From: Octopus vulgaris
Taxonomy: Eukaryota
Direction: 5' to 3'
DNA length: 64,000 nt
Assembly: GCA_951406725.2 (NCBI GenBank)
Contig: OX597825.1
Location: 28,210,001 to 28,274,000, forward strand
Part shown: positions 42,031 through 55,400 of the stretch, in pieces
How positions within the stretch are numbered: the stretch's first letter is position 1
How the letters are laid out: every line of letters begins with the position of its first letter
Position numbers and translations under genes: made by a program
Notes under the pieces: model-generated
What the model was told of the DNA's origin: nothing
The model's input: only the letters and a program-made list of their open reading frames with translations
The model's database searches: none

Positions 42031-42590
42031 CATATACATATACTATATATATATATATATATATATACTATATAATCACATTCACGAACACACAGGTATT
42101 CATTTTAAGCGTTTATGCATGTTGATATATATATACACATATGTATGTATATTTGTATATACATACCTCTTCTCTCTCTGCTGCTCCCACTCTCACCGTA
42201 CACACACACACACACGCACACACACACACACACACACGCGCGCAAACCATTGCATTCATTATAGATTTATATTGATAAATGCCAGAGGTATGTCGACAGT
42301 GATATAGAAAATTGTTACGTAAAATCACATGTAATGTCGAACGATTAATAGTAATAGGCGACATGTGCCATATCAGATTGACGAGTTTATAGTATTACGT
42401 TCCATGCATAGCTTCAATGAGTTCGAATCCCGCTGAGTTTTGATTGACGAACGTGACAAATTTATGAAGTAAACAACCTAAATATAATTATGTAAGCTGC
42501 ATTCATTACAAGTGAGACAATCGGTCGAGTGCTTTGTCTTCTTTCCTCTTTCTTTCCTAATTCAATAAACTAATCCTACACTTGTTGCAT

Positions 42591-42857
42591 GTGGAGGCAC
42601 ATAGACTAGTGGTTAGAGCATGGACTCGCGGTCGAGGGATCGCGGGTTCGAATCTCAGACCGGGACGATATGTGCGCTTATGAGCGAAACACCTAAGATC
42701 TGGCAGAAGGTAATGGCGAACTTCTGCTGACTCTTTCGCCACAACTTTCTTTCATTCTTTCCTCCTGCATCTTGCGTCCCGTCAAGATGGTGAACCTATA
42801 CGCCAAGGAAACCGGGAAACCGGCCCTTATGAGCCAGGCATAGCACGGGAAGGAACA
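42591..42857 (+). mobile_element. SINE family C with 13 bp TSD
   Basis: TSD ACACTTGTTGCAT at 42578-42590 and 42858-42870; tRNA head with GGGTTCGAATC. Confidence 0.9.
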
Positions 42858-43342
42858 ACACTTGTTGCATAAATGGGGAACCCAAGATTAGAAAGACTGT
42901 GAAGCCTATTATATTTCGATTGCAATATATTACTCTGGATTACGGCCAGCTTAAAGATTAATGGTGATATTGGAATCGGTGCGATTTGAAAACTAAACAC
43001 TTAGTACCATAGCAACGTACCCCAACATAATTTTTTTTTGCTGTTTATTGAATCTGCCATTTCAGCTGTGGTTGTTTTAATACTTTAATACTGATCTCTT
43101 GAATTTGCCCTTCACTTCAAATATGGCGGACGGGGAGAGCTGACAAGTGTTTCACCAGTGAAAATCGCATAAATGCGACAGACGTTGCAGGTTTTGTAAT
43201 TAATACTAAGGATATAGTCCACATCTAGAGTAGAAAACCTTATGTCGTTGCGACTAGAACAATATATAGCAAACTATACGAAAAGGATAATGCTGTAGAG
43301 ACGAATCTGAGAAGCTACAGTAGTGTTGAAGGCATAATTATT

Positions 43343-43753
43343 CGCGCAGGAGTGGCTGTGTGGTAAGTAGCTTGCTAACCAACCACATGGTTCCGGGTTC
43401 AGTCCCACTGCGTGGCATCTTGGGCAAGTGTCTTCTGCTATAGCCCCGGGCCGACCAATACCTTGTGAGTGGATCTGGTAGACGGAAACTGAAAGAAGCC
43501 TGTCGTACATATGTATATATATATATGTATGTGTGTGTGTGTGTGTGTGTTTGTGTTTGACCCCCTAGCATTGCTTGACAACCGATGCTGGTGTGTTTAC
43601 GTCCCCGTAACTTAGCGGTTCGGCAAAAGAAACCGATAGAATAAGTACTGGGCTTACAAAGAATAAGTCCCGGGATCGATTTGCTCAACTAAAAGGCGGT
43701 GCTCCAGCATGGCCGCAGTCAAATGACTGAAACAAGTAAAAGAGTAAAAGAGT
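43343..43753 (+). mobile_element. SINE family A
   Basis: Full-length copy highly similar to 49834-50259. Confidence 0.9.
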
Positions 43754-44257
43754 ATGAGAGAATATAATGTAAGCACAAAGCATTAGTTGAAATGACCAGG
43801 AACACACAAAAGTATTTACATAACGTTAATGAAATCAATTACCCAGCAGATGTGAAAATAATCTGTTATCTTATATATTTTAGCTGCTTCAGATACCTGA
43901 GTGTGGTCATGCTGGGACACTGCCTTGAAAACGTTTTAGCCGAACCTCTAATCTACGGAGATGAAACACACTAACACCAGTTGTCAAGAAGTAGTGGAAA
44001 CACACACACACACACACACACACATTCTTATATGATAATAATCCTTGGAAAGAATTTATAAACACGCGTAGCGTTGCATTATATGTTTATAAATTCAATC
44101 AAGGGTTATTGATAGTATTACTACGTTTATCCTACATTATATTGGTACAGCTTGATGCACCCCAAGAACTAGTTCACCAATCAGCATCATTAGACAGTTC
44201 CCAGCATAACAGAATAGGAGATTTATTTGCATATTGAAAACGTTTCCTGAAAATTAA

Positions 44258-44326
<69 letters not shown>

Positions 44327-44329
44327 TAT

Positions 44330-44481
44330 TAACAAAACTGTCCGACGAACGGGAACGTGAAACTCCAAGTAACAGGTTTTGTTGAATTTCTGATGCTTTT
44401 AAATAAAGCATATTACTCTACCCCTGGTATTTGAGTACTCTTTTTTTCCACCTTGTTTCACATTTATGTATTTACTCCGAT
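44330..44481 (+). mobile_element. Family H2 copy with HHR at 44338-44375
   Basis: Reverse complement of 6261-6408; CTGT-CCGACGA-ACGGGAACGT-GAAA-CTCCAAG-TA-ACAG; in (TA)n. Confidence 0.8.
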
Positions 44482-45040
44482 ATATTAATATATATATATA
44501 TATATACAACGGGCTTCTTTCCGTTTCCGCCCATTAGATTCACTCACAAGACTTAATAGGAGATACCTACCAAAGCTGTCACGTTGTGGAATTGAACCTG
44601 AAACCATGTGGTTGGGAAGCGTCTTATCAGACAACCAGGCCAGCGCCTATAATATTGATGATTAATAAAAAAAGAAAACATTTATCCCGAACTAGCAAAA
44701 AATGGTTAGTTACTCCAAACGGTCTCTGACATTACAATTCTTACAATAAATGTTGGTGCCGTTGGCTTTGGTAAATACCATTCCTGAGATACCGAGATTC
44801 ACAAAACCACGAAGAACACGCCAAATCGATTCGAGCTGCAAGCGACCAAAGGTGCTATTACAATCTGTACAATATTCATCCACTTCATATCAGGATGAAA
44901 TATGAACCACATGTGCAATAATATGAATACGTGCACCTATGTGTATGTGTTACATGTGCAAATACGGATGTAAATATACACACAGTTGTACATACACACA
45001 CATGCGCGAGCGTGTGTATGTACGTATGTATATATGTATA

Positions 45041-45435
45041 GCTGGCAGAATCGTTAGCACGCTGGGCGAAATGCTTAGCGGTATTTCGTCTGTCGTTACG
45101 TTGTGAGTTCAAATTCCGCCGAGGTCGACTTTGCCTTTCATCCTTTCGGGGTCGATAAATTAAGTACCAGTTACGCACTGGGGTCGATGTAATCGACTTA
45201 ATACCTATGTCTGTCCTTGTTTGTCCCCTCTATGTTTAGCCCCTTGTGGGTAATAAAGAAATAGGTATTCCGTCTGTCGCTACATTCTGAGTTCAAATTC
45301 CGCCGAGGTCGACTTTGCCTTTCATCCTTTCAGGGTCGATTAAATAAGTACCAGTTACGCATGGGGTTCGATGTAATCGACTTAATTTTTTTCTCTGTCC
45401 TTGTTTGTCCCCTCTATGTTTAGCCCCTTGTGGGT
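45041..45435 (+). mobile_element. SINE family B, tandem dimer
   Basis: Body repeated at 45041-45265 and 45265-45435. Confidence 0.88.
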
Positions 45436-46128
45436 TAAATATATATTTATATATATATATATATACGTACGTACATTTATGTGTGTGTGTGTACACCTGT
45501 ATACATGAACACATATATGCATTTACCTATACATATTTAAATATGTATATATACATACATCATTACCCTATTTGATATTGTATGTATTCCAATGAAATTG
45601 TCTAGCGTTGTGTCTAGGCTAAAATCCGGCAATTCCACCATTCGGAAGAAATTCGAAAAATATAATCAAAGGCAAGCATACATTCATGTATAGACGCATG
45701 CATACACACCCACGCACATACACACATACATACAAACATGCATACACGCATACATACATACATACATTCATACATACATACACATACATACATACATACA
45801 TGCATACATACATACATACATACATACATACATACATACATACATACATACATACATGCATACATACATACATACATACATACATGCATACATGCATACC
45901 TACATGCATACATACACATCTACATACATACGCTTGCTGACCAGAATTACTAATAAGGAAAATGATTATAATCATTGAAAATGTAATTTTAATTACCTTT
46001 TATTACTGCATCAATTTATTCTGGCATATGTTGTAATTTCTGATCTTAATCAAAAATTCGTATTTCACTATGTTCAGAATCACTCTTTCAACCTGTTCGT
46101 TGACAGCAATCGCATGAATATATATTAT

Positions 46129-46171
<43 letters not shown>

Positions 46172-46259
46172 CATACACACAAACATACACACACACACAG
46201 ACATATATATATATTTATATATAAATATATATATATACATATATGTATATATGTACATA

Positions 46260-46331
<72 letters not shown>

Positions 46332-46377
46332 GATATACATATATATATGTATGTGTATATAGAAACATATATCTAAA

Positions 46378-46436
<59 letters not shown>

Positions 46437-46500
46437 GTATATATACATATGTATGTATATGCATATATATATATTCATTTAATTTTATACACACACACGT

Positions 46501-46538
<38 letters not shown>

Positions 46539-47169
46539 GTGTGTATACATATATGTGTGTGTGTGTACGTGTGTGTGTACACACACGTGTGACACACACA
46601 CGCACACATATATATATATATATATAAATATGAATTTCCTCGTATCATATGTGTGTCGTTTTTAATAGTCATCTGAGATATGAAGCCATCGTTCGGCTGC
46701 TTATCTGAAAGCGACTAAAAGTCAAAGTCCCAGACTATATTCGATATTTAAATCATTATATATTGTTTCCCCTCCAGTTTTGTGATGAGATTTAACCATT
46801 AAGATAATGTTTATTGCTACATTTCATTGTGCTAACTGTATTGACAACGATATTAAAATTTTATGCAGCAAGATTCCCCTGGTACTTACCTGCATTCTTT
46901 CTTTTAATTATTCAAGTCTTGCTTTATAGATTTTGTACATAATTACGTGCTATGTATATTTGTATTTTATTTCTATAACGCTTCACTCTATATTAAAGCA
47001 GAAAAAAGTAAAATGACATTCGTTTTATACAATTCATAATGGGAGGGAATCTCCACATGGACTGCTTCATAGTTTGGTCTCCGCTTCTCCGAGAAGACAC
47101 ACTTATCTTCTTTCGCTAATTTATAGCATAAATCATGTGCTTATTAAGGAGTAAAGGACCATATTACTA

Positions 47170-47733
47170 TTGGGTTATCCGGAAAGTTCGTGCCGATTTT
47201 TAAAGGAATGAAAAGGTCAATAAATTCTTGTCATTACATTTTAATAAACCGAATATGAACCAGTTTGTTGCACATTGCATCTCCATGTTTCCTTTAACTT
47301 GAAAATACCATCTTACCAGAATTGAGGTGGTTTCATGGCATAGAATTCATCGAGGTATATATTTACGTCATCCAAGGAATTGAAATTTTTACCACTAAGT
47401 CTATTCTGTAGAGACCTGAATAAGTGGAAATCCGAAGGAGCAATATCTAGTGAATATGGAGGGTGGGATAACACATCCCAGCCGAGCTGCAGCAATTTTT
47501 GTCTGGTTCACAAAGCATCAAGTGCCGAAAATGAACTTTCTTATCTTCCATTTTTATGGGTTACAGAATTAACACAGGTTATAGGAACATAAACCTTCTT
47601 CCACGTAAATATAGCTTAAACTGTGCTCTAAATGGAGGTGTAGTGAATTCCTATTTTATGGACTCAACCATGTTCTAAAATAAGTCGAAATGTAAGCTAC
47701 AATAAATCGGCACGAACTTTCCGGACATCCCAA
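47170..47733 (-). mobile_element. Internally deleted mariner element
   Basis: ~30 bp TIRs TTGGGTTATCCGGAAAGTTCGTGCCGATTT / AAATCGGCACGAACTTTCCGGACATCCCAA, TA TSD; ORF 47313-47495 with HPPYSLDIAPSDFHLFRSL (YSPDLAP motif). Confidence 0.92.
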
Positions 47734-48135
47734 TACATTAACCTATTCTTGTTAAATCCACAGCGAGGTTTCATAATATTTAAAATCTTATTTACATAGT
47801 GTCGTGTAAATAAATGTTTACGTATGTCTTTTCAATAGTGACTACAAACCAAAAAGATACACCGTCCCAATGGGAAGTTCTGATTCAGCACAAAAAGCTG
47901 AATTGGTCGCTATATATATACTTAATGAAATGGCAGACCAGTTCCCAAGCATCAATGGAGGTCTAATTGTTTATGCACTAGCTTTGTATTCGACTCCAGT
48001 TTGCCTAAAATTTCCAGGTGAAAATTTACGTAATAACTGCGATGTTAAAAATTAGAGCTTCTTCAGACATGAATCACGGGTGCGCTCCTATATTGTGCGT
48101 CTGCTAGGCTCTGTGTTTCCATTACGTCGGTAGGA

Positions 48136-48522
48136 GGCGCAATGTGGAAGCGCAATGGCCCAGTGGTTAGGGCAGCGGACTCACGGTCATAGGATCGCGG
48201 TTTCGATTCCCAGACCGGGCGTTGTGAGTGTTTATTGAGCGAAAACACCTAAAGCTCCACGAGGTTCCCGCAGGGGATGGTGGTGATCCCTGCTGTACTC
48301 TTTCACCACAACTTTCTCTTACTTCCTGTTTCTGTTGTACCTGTATTTCAAAGGGCCGGCCTTGTCACTCTCTGTGTCACGCTGAATATCCCCGAGAACT
48401 ACGTTAAGGGTACACGTGTCTGTGGAGTGCTCAGCCACTTACACGTTAGTTTCACGAGAAGGCTGTTCCGTTGATTCGGATCAACCGGAACCCTCGTCGT
48501 CGTAACCGACGGAGTGAAGGAA
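48136..48522 (+). mobile_element. SINE family C head with the tail of the 24104-24433 SINE
   Basis: Imperfect TSD ACGTCGGTAGGA/ACGTCGGCAGGA; tail ...CCCTCGTCGTCGTAACCGACGGAGT. Confidence 0.88.
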
Positions 48523-48924
48523 ACGTCGGCAGGAAACAAAGAAGATGTAGAAGAAGGTGAAGAATAGAAAGAAGAAGGATTGGGAAGAGAACAAAAAAAG
48601 TATAAGTAAACGTATGATGAAGAAGAGGTAGAAAAGTGAAGGAGTATGAAGGAGGAGGAGAAGGTGGATTAAACGAAAACGAAAAGTTGGAAGGAAGAGG
48701 GTGATGTGAACTAAAACGTGAGAACCAAAGATCATCAGAGCCAGATTCCAACAGACATTTGAAAAGGCATAAATAGTCTGAGTGATAACACGAAATGAAA
48801 AAAAAAGGATAAGAAATAAAATACAGTTGAAGATAAATTGAATAAATGGCAATGATAGAGCAATATGATTGTGTATCACAGTAGAAGAATGCCACTACTA
48901 TTAAAGATAATGTTACAGTAACTG

Positions 48925-49135
48925 AACTGGTGGCAGAATCGTTAGCATGAAGGGGCAAAGTTCTTAGCAGTTTTTCATCCGTCTTTATGGTCCGAGCTCA
49001 AATGCTGCCGAAGTCGATTTCGCCTTTCATTCTTTCGGGGTCAATAAAATAACTACCCGTTGAGTACAGGGATCGATGTATCCTTTTCCAATTTCTACCC
49101 TGCGGATTTGCTGGCTTTCTGCCAAAATTTGAAAC
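48925..49135 (+). mobile_element. SINE family B, degenerate (another remnant at ~32111-32240)
   Basis: TGGCAGAATCGTTAGCA...GCCTTTCATTCTTTCGGGGTC. Confidence 0.7.
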
Positions 49136-49398
49136 CAATATTACAATAACTGACCGAATAGTATAATATTAACAGATTTTTTGTAATAAATTATATATAG
49201 TATGAGGTATTTAACGTAATATTCGTAACAAATATATTGTGTAATTACGCAAAAATATACATAGATATAATTGAAAATATAACTTTGGAAGAAGAAAAGA
49301 AATTATAAAATAACTGAATAAAAATAAACATTACAAATATACAAGAAGTAGAATGGATTACACAGATCAAACGAAAGATAGATAGATAGATAGACAGT

Positions 49399-49466
<68 letters not shown>

Positions 49467-49548
49467 AAGATTGATTGATTGATTGATTGACTGAAGTAGA
49501 AAGATAGACGCATACATACATACATACATACAAACATACATACATACA

Positions 49549-49582
<34 letters not shown>

Positions 49583-49833
49583 GTTACATGCATTCATACA
49601 GACACACAGACTGAGAAACATAACACCAATACATACACACATACGTAGACGCATTAAAATCTAATTTGTATTTCAATATATGTCACGAAGCGGCAGCACT
49701 AAGCAGTGGCGTGAATAAAAATAAGGTTATAACCAGTTCAAATATGCTCCAAGCATATTCGAACGGGTTATAACCTTGATTTACATATGTAGAGATAAAC
49801 ACTGAAGCAATACACATTATTTATATATATATA

Positions 49834-49997
49834 GGCGCAGGAGTGGCTGTGTGGTAAGTAGCTTGCTAACCAACCACATGGTTCCGGGTTCAGTCCCACT
49901 GCGTGGCATCTTGGGCAAGAGTGTCTTCTGATATAGCCTCGGGCCGACCAATGCCTTGTGAGTGGATTTGGTAGATGGAAACTGAAAGAAGCCTGTC

Positions 49998-50041
<44 letters not shown>

Positions 50042-50259
50042 TTGTGTGTCTGTGTTTGTTCCCCTAACATTGCTTGACAACCGATGCTGGTGTGTTTACG
50101 TCCCCGTCACTTAGCGGTTCGGCAAAAGAGACCGATAGAATAAGTACTGGGCTTCCAAAGAATAAATCCCGGGGTCGATTTGCTCGACTAAAGGTGGTGC
50201 TCCAGCATGGCCGCAGTCAAATGACTGAAACAAGTAAAAGAGTAAAAGAGTAAAAGAGT
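49834..50259 (+). mobile_element. SINE family A
   Basis: Full-length, (GTAAAAGA)3 tail. Confidence 0.9.
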
Positions 50260-50499
50260 ATATATATATATAAGTGATGAAGGGTACTACTAGTGGCACC
50301 AGCATGTTAAAAATAGCCGGCGAAACGACTCAAATCCACAGTGAAGACTGCGGTTTCGAGTCGTGTTGACTGCTGTCTGTAGCACGCTGGTACTACAAGT
50401 AGTACGCATAATTATTGATTTGTAGTTTTGCTTTTAAGGTTCTTTCACACATGCTAGCCACTAATATTATTGTAAATTATTATTATTATTATTATTATT

Positions 50500-50952
50500 G
50501 AGTGAGAGAGCAGTTCATGCCATCAAAGTGACACTGGGGTAAAATATACGAAGCCCAATATACCCATCATGACTACCGTCTGATAAAGGTACACCAGGCA
50601 TGCATCACAGCCATATGTGCGACATGGTGATCTCATATCAAGATAAACAGCATGACCTTGCAGGTGGGGCCCAGTTAGAATTTTCTTCAGGTTGAGTAGC
50701 CATCCTGCTCAAACGGTCCCTGAATAAGGGTTGCTTTAGGATGTTGGAAACACCTATGTTTCAGAGGTGAACCATTCAAACTCCAAAGAATCCTCTCAAC
50801 ACATGGCCATGATGCTCCCCCACTACTTCTGCTCGGATCAGAGATGCACATATTCAGCCACACATGCTCAACTGGTTAAGGCTGACAAGCAAATCTGTGT
50901 ATTGAGCATAGTCTTTTTACCAAGACAAAACAATACATGATAACACTTCCAA

Positions 50953-50955
<3 letters not shown>
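50500..50955 (-). mobile_element. Probable interspersed repeat inserted in (ATT)n
   Basis: Complex ~450 bp block of higher GC bounded by (ATT)n on both sides; no ORF; identity not established. Confidence 0.4.
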
Positions 50956-51001
<46 letters not shown>

Positions 51002-51015
51002 TGTTGTTGTTGTTG

Positions 51016-51088
<73 letters not shown>

Positions 51089-51119
51089 CATGTGTGTGTG
51101 TGTGTGTGTGTGTTTGTAT

Positions 51120-51510
51120 TGGTTTGGCTGTGTGGTAAGACGTTTTCGTCTAAAGTACGTGGTTCTTGGTTCAGTCCCAATGACATCATGGTCAACTATT
51201 TTTACTATAGTCTCTGGCTGACCACGTTCATGTCAGTAGGGCTGAAAAAAGCTCGTAAACTGAAAAAAGCTTGTCATATATAGTTATATATATATATATG
51301 TACATGTATCCTACTCCCACTGCTTAACAACCGTTGTCGGTTTATTTACATCGTTTAAATTTTGCAGGTTGGCAAAACAGACCGATACAATAAGTACCAT
51401 GCTTAAAAAGTGCCCTGTGGTCATAATGTTCGAGTAAAAGTTTTCATGCTGGTGCTCCAGCATGGCTGCAGTCTTATGACTTCAAGAAGCAAGTAAAGGA
51501 TAAAGGATAT
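51120..51510 (+). mobile_element. SINE family A, old degenerate copy
   Basis: GGCTGTGTGGTAAG...GGTTCAGTCCCA...GGTGCTCCAGCATGGC. Confidence 0.7.
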
Positions 51511-51564
51511 ATGTGTGTGGCGGGTGAGGTATATTATATATATATATATATATATATGATAGAT

Positions 51565-51727
51565 CCTTAGCCACTATACATATTTTTTCTCTCCTTGTTT
51601 CTCTCCTTGTGTTTTTTTCCTGTGTCCTTTTCTGTAAAAGAGCGTACACTCGAAATGTAAAAGAATTTTTCTATGCTGTTTGTTTTGTACACCACCTGTC
51701 TTCGTCTTTGTTTTTTTCGTAAACTGT

Positions 51728-51730
<3 letters not shown>
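51565..51730 (+). mobile_element. Solo 3'-terminal pLTR fragment related to the 7001-12505 PLE, decayed HHR
   Basis: Similar to the reverse complement of 7001-7190 (CCACCTGTCTTCGTCTTTG...; CTGTAAAAGAGCGTACACTCGAAATGTAAAAG); flanked by (TA)n. Confidence 0.75.
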
Positions 51731-51805
<75 letters not shown>

Positions 51806-51809
51806 AATG

Positions 51810-52001
51810 TGACCGCGTGTGTACCGTTGGCGATTTTTTCCTCCGTCTTCCCTTCTCTGGATCTTTCCTTTTCCTATGTTTCTGAGAAAGAGCTCCGCTC
51901 GAAACGTAAAACCCGCCTTCTTCCCTTCCTTCCTGAGCCTCCAATAGTACTATATTTGTTCCACGTCCTCGCGTTGTTGTGTTTTCTTGTTTGGATTAAC
52001 T
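51810..52001 (+). mobile_element. H1 element copy with degenerate HHR core
   Basis: Homologous to 36510-36710; TTTCTGAGAAAGAGCTCCGCTCGAAACGTAAAA; lies between (TA)n tracts. Confidence 0.8.
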
Positions 52002-52477
52002 TTATATATATATGTATGTATGTATGTATACATGTATGTAATGATTTGTTTCCTCCCATAAAAGACACCTGTTTTAGAAGTGACAATACTACTTCACAAC
52101 CAACTCATTTACATCTTCTCAGATACAGAATTGGGTTATGCTTAAATTAAACCATTGAACTTCTAGTAGGTTAAATGCACTTCAAACGTTTATTTCTACT
52201 CTGAGCTATGAATGTTCAGTACGCAATAGGAAATCTTCAAAGCATTAAAGATTACCTCAGGCTGAAAGTGTGACAAGCCTTTAGAGACATGCTAAGGTTT
52301 ACAGCAAATAATGCAATCTTAAAATCTACTATTCTTGTGATTTGTTTGTGATGGTGGTAGATAAAATTTCTGCACATGATTTATTCTTCGACAAAACATC
52401 TCCATCTATGTAGTATGTATGTATGTATGTATGTATGTATGTATGTATGTATGTATGTATGTATGTATGTATGTATG

Positions 52478-52550
<73 letters not shown>

Positions 52551-52622
52551 GTCTGTCTGTCTGTTTATCTATCTATCTATTACCCCTCTCTCTCTACTCT
52601 GTCTATCTCTTTGTATATACAT

Positions 52623-52682
<60 letters not shown>

Positions 52683-52683
52683 G

Positions 52684-52714
<31 letters not shown>

Positions 52715-52761
52715 AGAGAGAGAGAGAGAGAGAAAGAAAGAGAGTAGATAGATAAATATAC

Positions 52762-52893
<132 letters not shown>

Positions 52894-53680
52894 GCATATA
52901 TGTGTTTAAGTAATCAGGAAATATATCTTTGAATGTGCCCGTAGAAATTTCATGTACATATGCATGTATGTATATTTTCGTTTTAATACCTAAAATTTCA
53001 CAACAATAAAATGCTTGCCTCCAATCCAGAATCAATGGTCTTTAATTTGGAAGGTGTGTGTTCTGTTCTATTTGTAATTATTTAACACTTTCCTATAAGG
53101 AAGGAGCTGGTTTCTAACAGAGATTCAGAGATCCCTCATTAGAATGTAAATAACAAAAACAAATTCACATTTTGAACCTGAGAAAACTCTTGCATAATTC
53201 CACTGTTCTCATTAGACATTGAATTAATAATGTTCGTGTTCGCTGGTTGATTTCTTTTTCTGAAGCCCCCAGCTACTCCTAATTGTTATTGAGGCATGTA
53301 CTCACGAAATCAAATGCACCAATTATTATTGTTATACACGAGAATATAAAATCTTGGTACACGACCTCAAGGTTGCAATAAAATTATCGATGGTTATCCC
53401 ATTTCTATTTGATTTTCGATTAGATAGTCACATTAGCAGGGTAGCATATCATTATGACAATGCCCAAGTATGAGTGTGCGTGTGTCTGTCCGTGCTCGGC
53501 CGCTTCTTAACGCTACTGGAACATGTTACCCAGTATGTTATATGATAGGGTCACCGAGGACTAAACCGGCAATCCCACCACCTTTGCTTATTTCGGTGGG
53601 TAATTTTGGACACCCCGCCGGACTAAAAACGAAACCGAAAAGGGGTTCAGGAACTTATGGGAGTCAACGGGCAGTCATTA

Positions 53681-53755
53681 ATGTGTAGACATGTGTATGA
53701 TAGACCACTCCCAGTCACCGACTGGGAGTGGTTTACCATACATATGTCTACACAT
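53681..53755. repeat. 36-bp-arm hairpin
   Basis: ATGTGTAGACATGTGTATGATAGACCACTCCCAGTC-ACC-GACTGGGAGTGGTTTACCATACATATGTCTACACAT. Confidence 0.88.
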
Positions 53756-54350
53756 AGACATAATAAATAGATAAAAATAAGTATCTAAATTATAATCAAC
53801 AAATATAGTAATTAAAAATCTAAATTTTATTTATCAATAACGTATAAACATATAACCAAAAATAAATTAGTCCACTTTTATTTACATAAATATTATAGAT
53901 ATCTATAGAAAATATTTATGAAATAAAATTTAAGAATTGAAAAATTCAAATTAAAAACGTATAACCTATCTTTATAAAATACTTATTATTACTATTATCA
54001 AAAACTTTTTTATAATTATTATATGCGAACTAAAATCTAAAAATATTAATGGTGATTATTTTGTTAAATAATTTGGTAATTAAATATTCAAATATAACTG
54101 AGTTAAAGATATTCTATAGTTTATCAATGTTTTTTTAAGCTAAATTATATCTTCACAGATAAATACATATTTCTATCTATTTACCCTTTTTTTACCTTAA
54201 ATATTTAATATTGAACATAATAAATGTGTTGTAGAAAATAATCCTAATGTTTTAAGTTTCAAATTTAGTTAATGGAGTTTTTATTATTTTATTTATTTTT
54301 TAAATAAATATTGTTTAAATCTATTTGCCTATTTATCTAACTATTGTTGT

Positions 54351-54453
54351 TAACCTGAAGATTGACTATAATTTTAGATTGAATTTATTTCAATTAAATT
54401 AAAATTTAATTGTAATTCGAATTTAATTGTAGCCGTGAAATGTGCGTAGTGTT
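54351..54453 (+). ncRNA. Degenerate type-I HHR with long AT-rich stem II
   Basis: CTGAAGA(54355)-T-TGACTATAATT...AATTGTAGCCG-T-GAAA(54437)-TGTGCG-TA-GTGTT; apical hairpin CAATTAAATT/AATTTAATTG; stem I weak. Confidence 0.55.
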
Positions 54454-54497
54454 TTTACCTGTTATATATTGATTATTCATTTTTATACTTTTTAAGA

Positions 54498-54913
54498 TCT
54501 CTTTTACTCTTTTACTCTTTTACTTGTTTCAGTTATTTGACTGTGGCCATGCTGGAGCACCGCCTTTAGTCGAGCAAATGAACCCCAGGACTTATTCTTT
54601 GAAAGCCCAGTACTTATTCTATCGGTCTCTTTTGCCGAACCGCTAAGTGACGGTGACATAAACACACCAGCATCGGTTGTCAAGCAATGCTAGAGGGACA
54701 AACACAGACACACAAACACACACACGCATACATATATATATACATATATACGACAGGCTTCTTTCAGTTTCTATCTACCAAATCCACTCACAAGGCATTG
54801 GTCGGCCCGGGGCTATAGCAGAAGACACTTGCCCAAGATGCCGCGCAGTGGGACTGAACCCAGAACCATGTGGTTGGTTAGCAAGCTACTTACCACACAG
54901 CCACTCCTGCGCC
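54498..54913 (-). mobile_element. SINE family A
   Basis: Full-length reverse-complement copy. Confidence 0.9.
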
Positions 54914-55116
54914 TAAAGTTATTTATTTTATATTATAAAGTTATTTATTTTATAAAAATATATTTTTTTTTGTTACTTATGATTTGGTTTATGTCTACCA
55001 CTGTTTGAGTTGCATAACAGTGGTTTTATCTCTAATTAGTATTTTATACATTTATATTGCGAAATTTGATTTAATACTAAATTGAATTTTTCATTGTAAG
55101 TTTGTAGCTATACTCC

Positions 55117-55169
<53 letters not shown>

Positions 55170-55177
<8 letters not shown>

Positions 55178-55400
55178 TTACTTTTTTCAATCATTTGCTT
55201 GTGACTATGCTTGAGCACAGCCTTAAAGGGCATTTTAGTCGAAGAAATCGCTCCCAAGACGTATTCTTTGTAAGCCTAATAAGTATTTTATCAGTCTCTT
55301 TTGCCGAAACACTACGTTAGTGGGACATAAACACACCAACATCGATTGTCATGCAACAGAAGGGGCAGGAAAACAAACATAGGCACAAAGACACACCCCT
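55170..55400 (-). mobile_element. SINE family A, 3' half
   Basis: Degenerate match to the tail half. Confidence 0.65.

Noticed and set aside
42591-42665. Functional tRNA genes in SINE heads (also 12827, 24360-24433, 48145, 62145)
   Set aside because: Heads continue into SINE bodies and tails, some with TSDs, and lack a proper acceptor stem
44165-44205. Possible decayed HHR on the minus strand (CTAATGA...GAACTAG)
   Set aside because: Core mutated at both boxes and stem I not convincing
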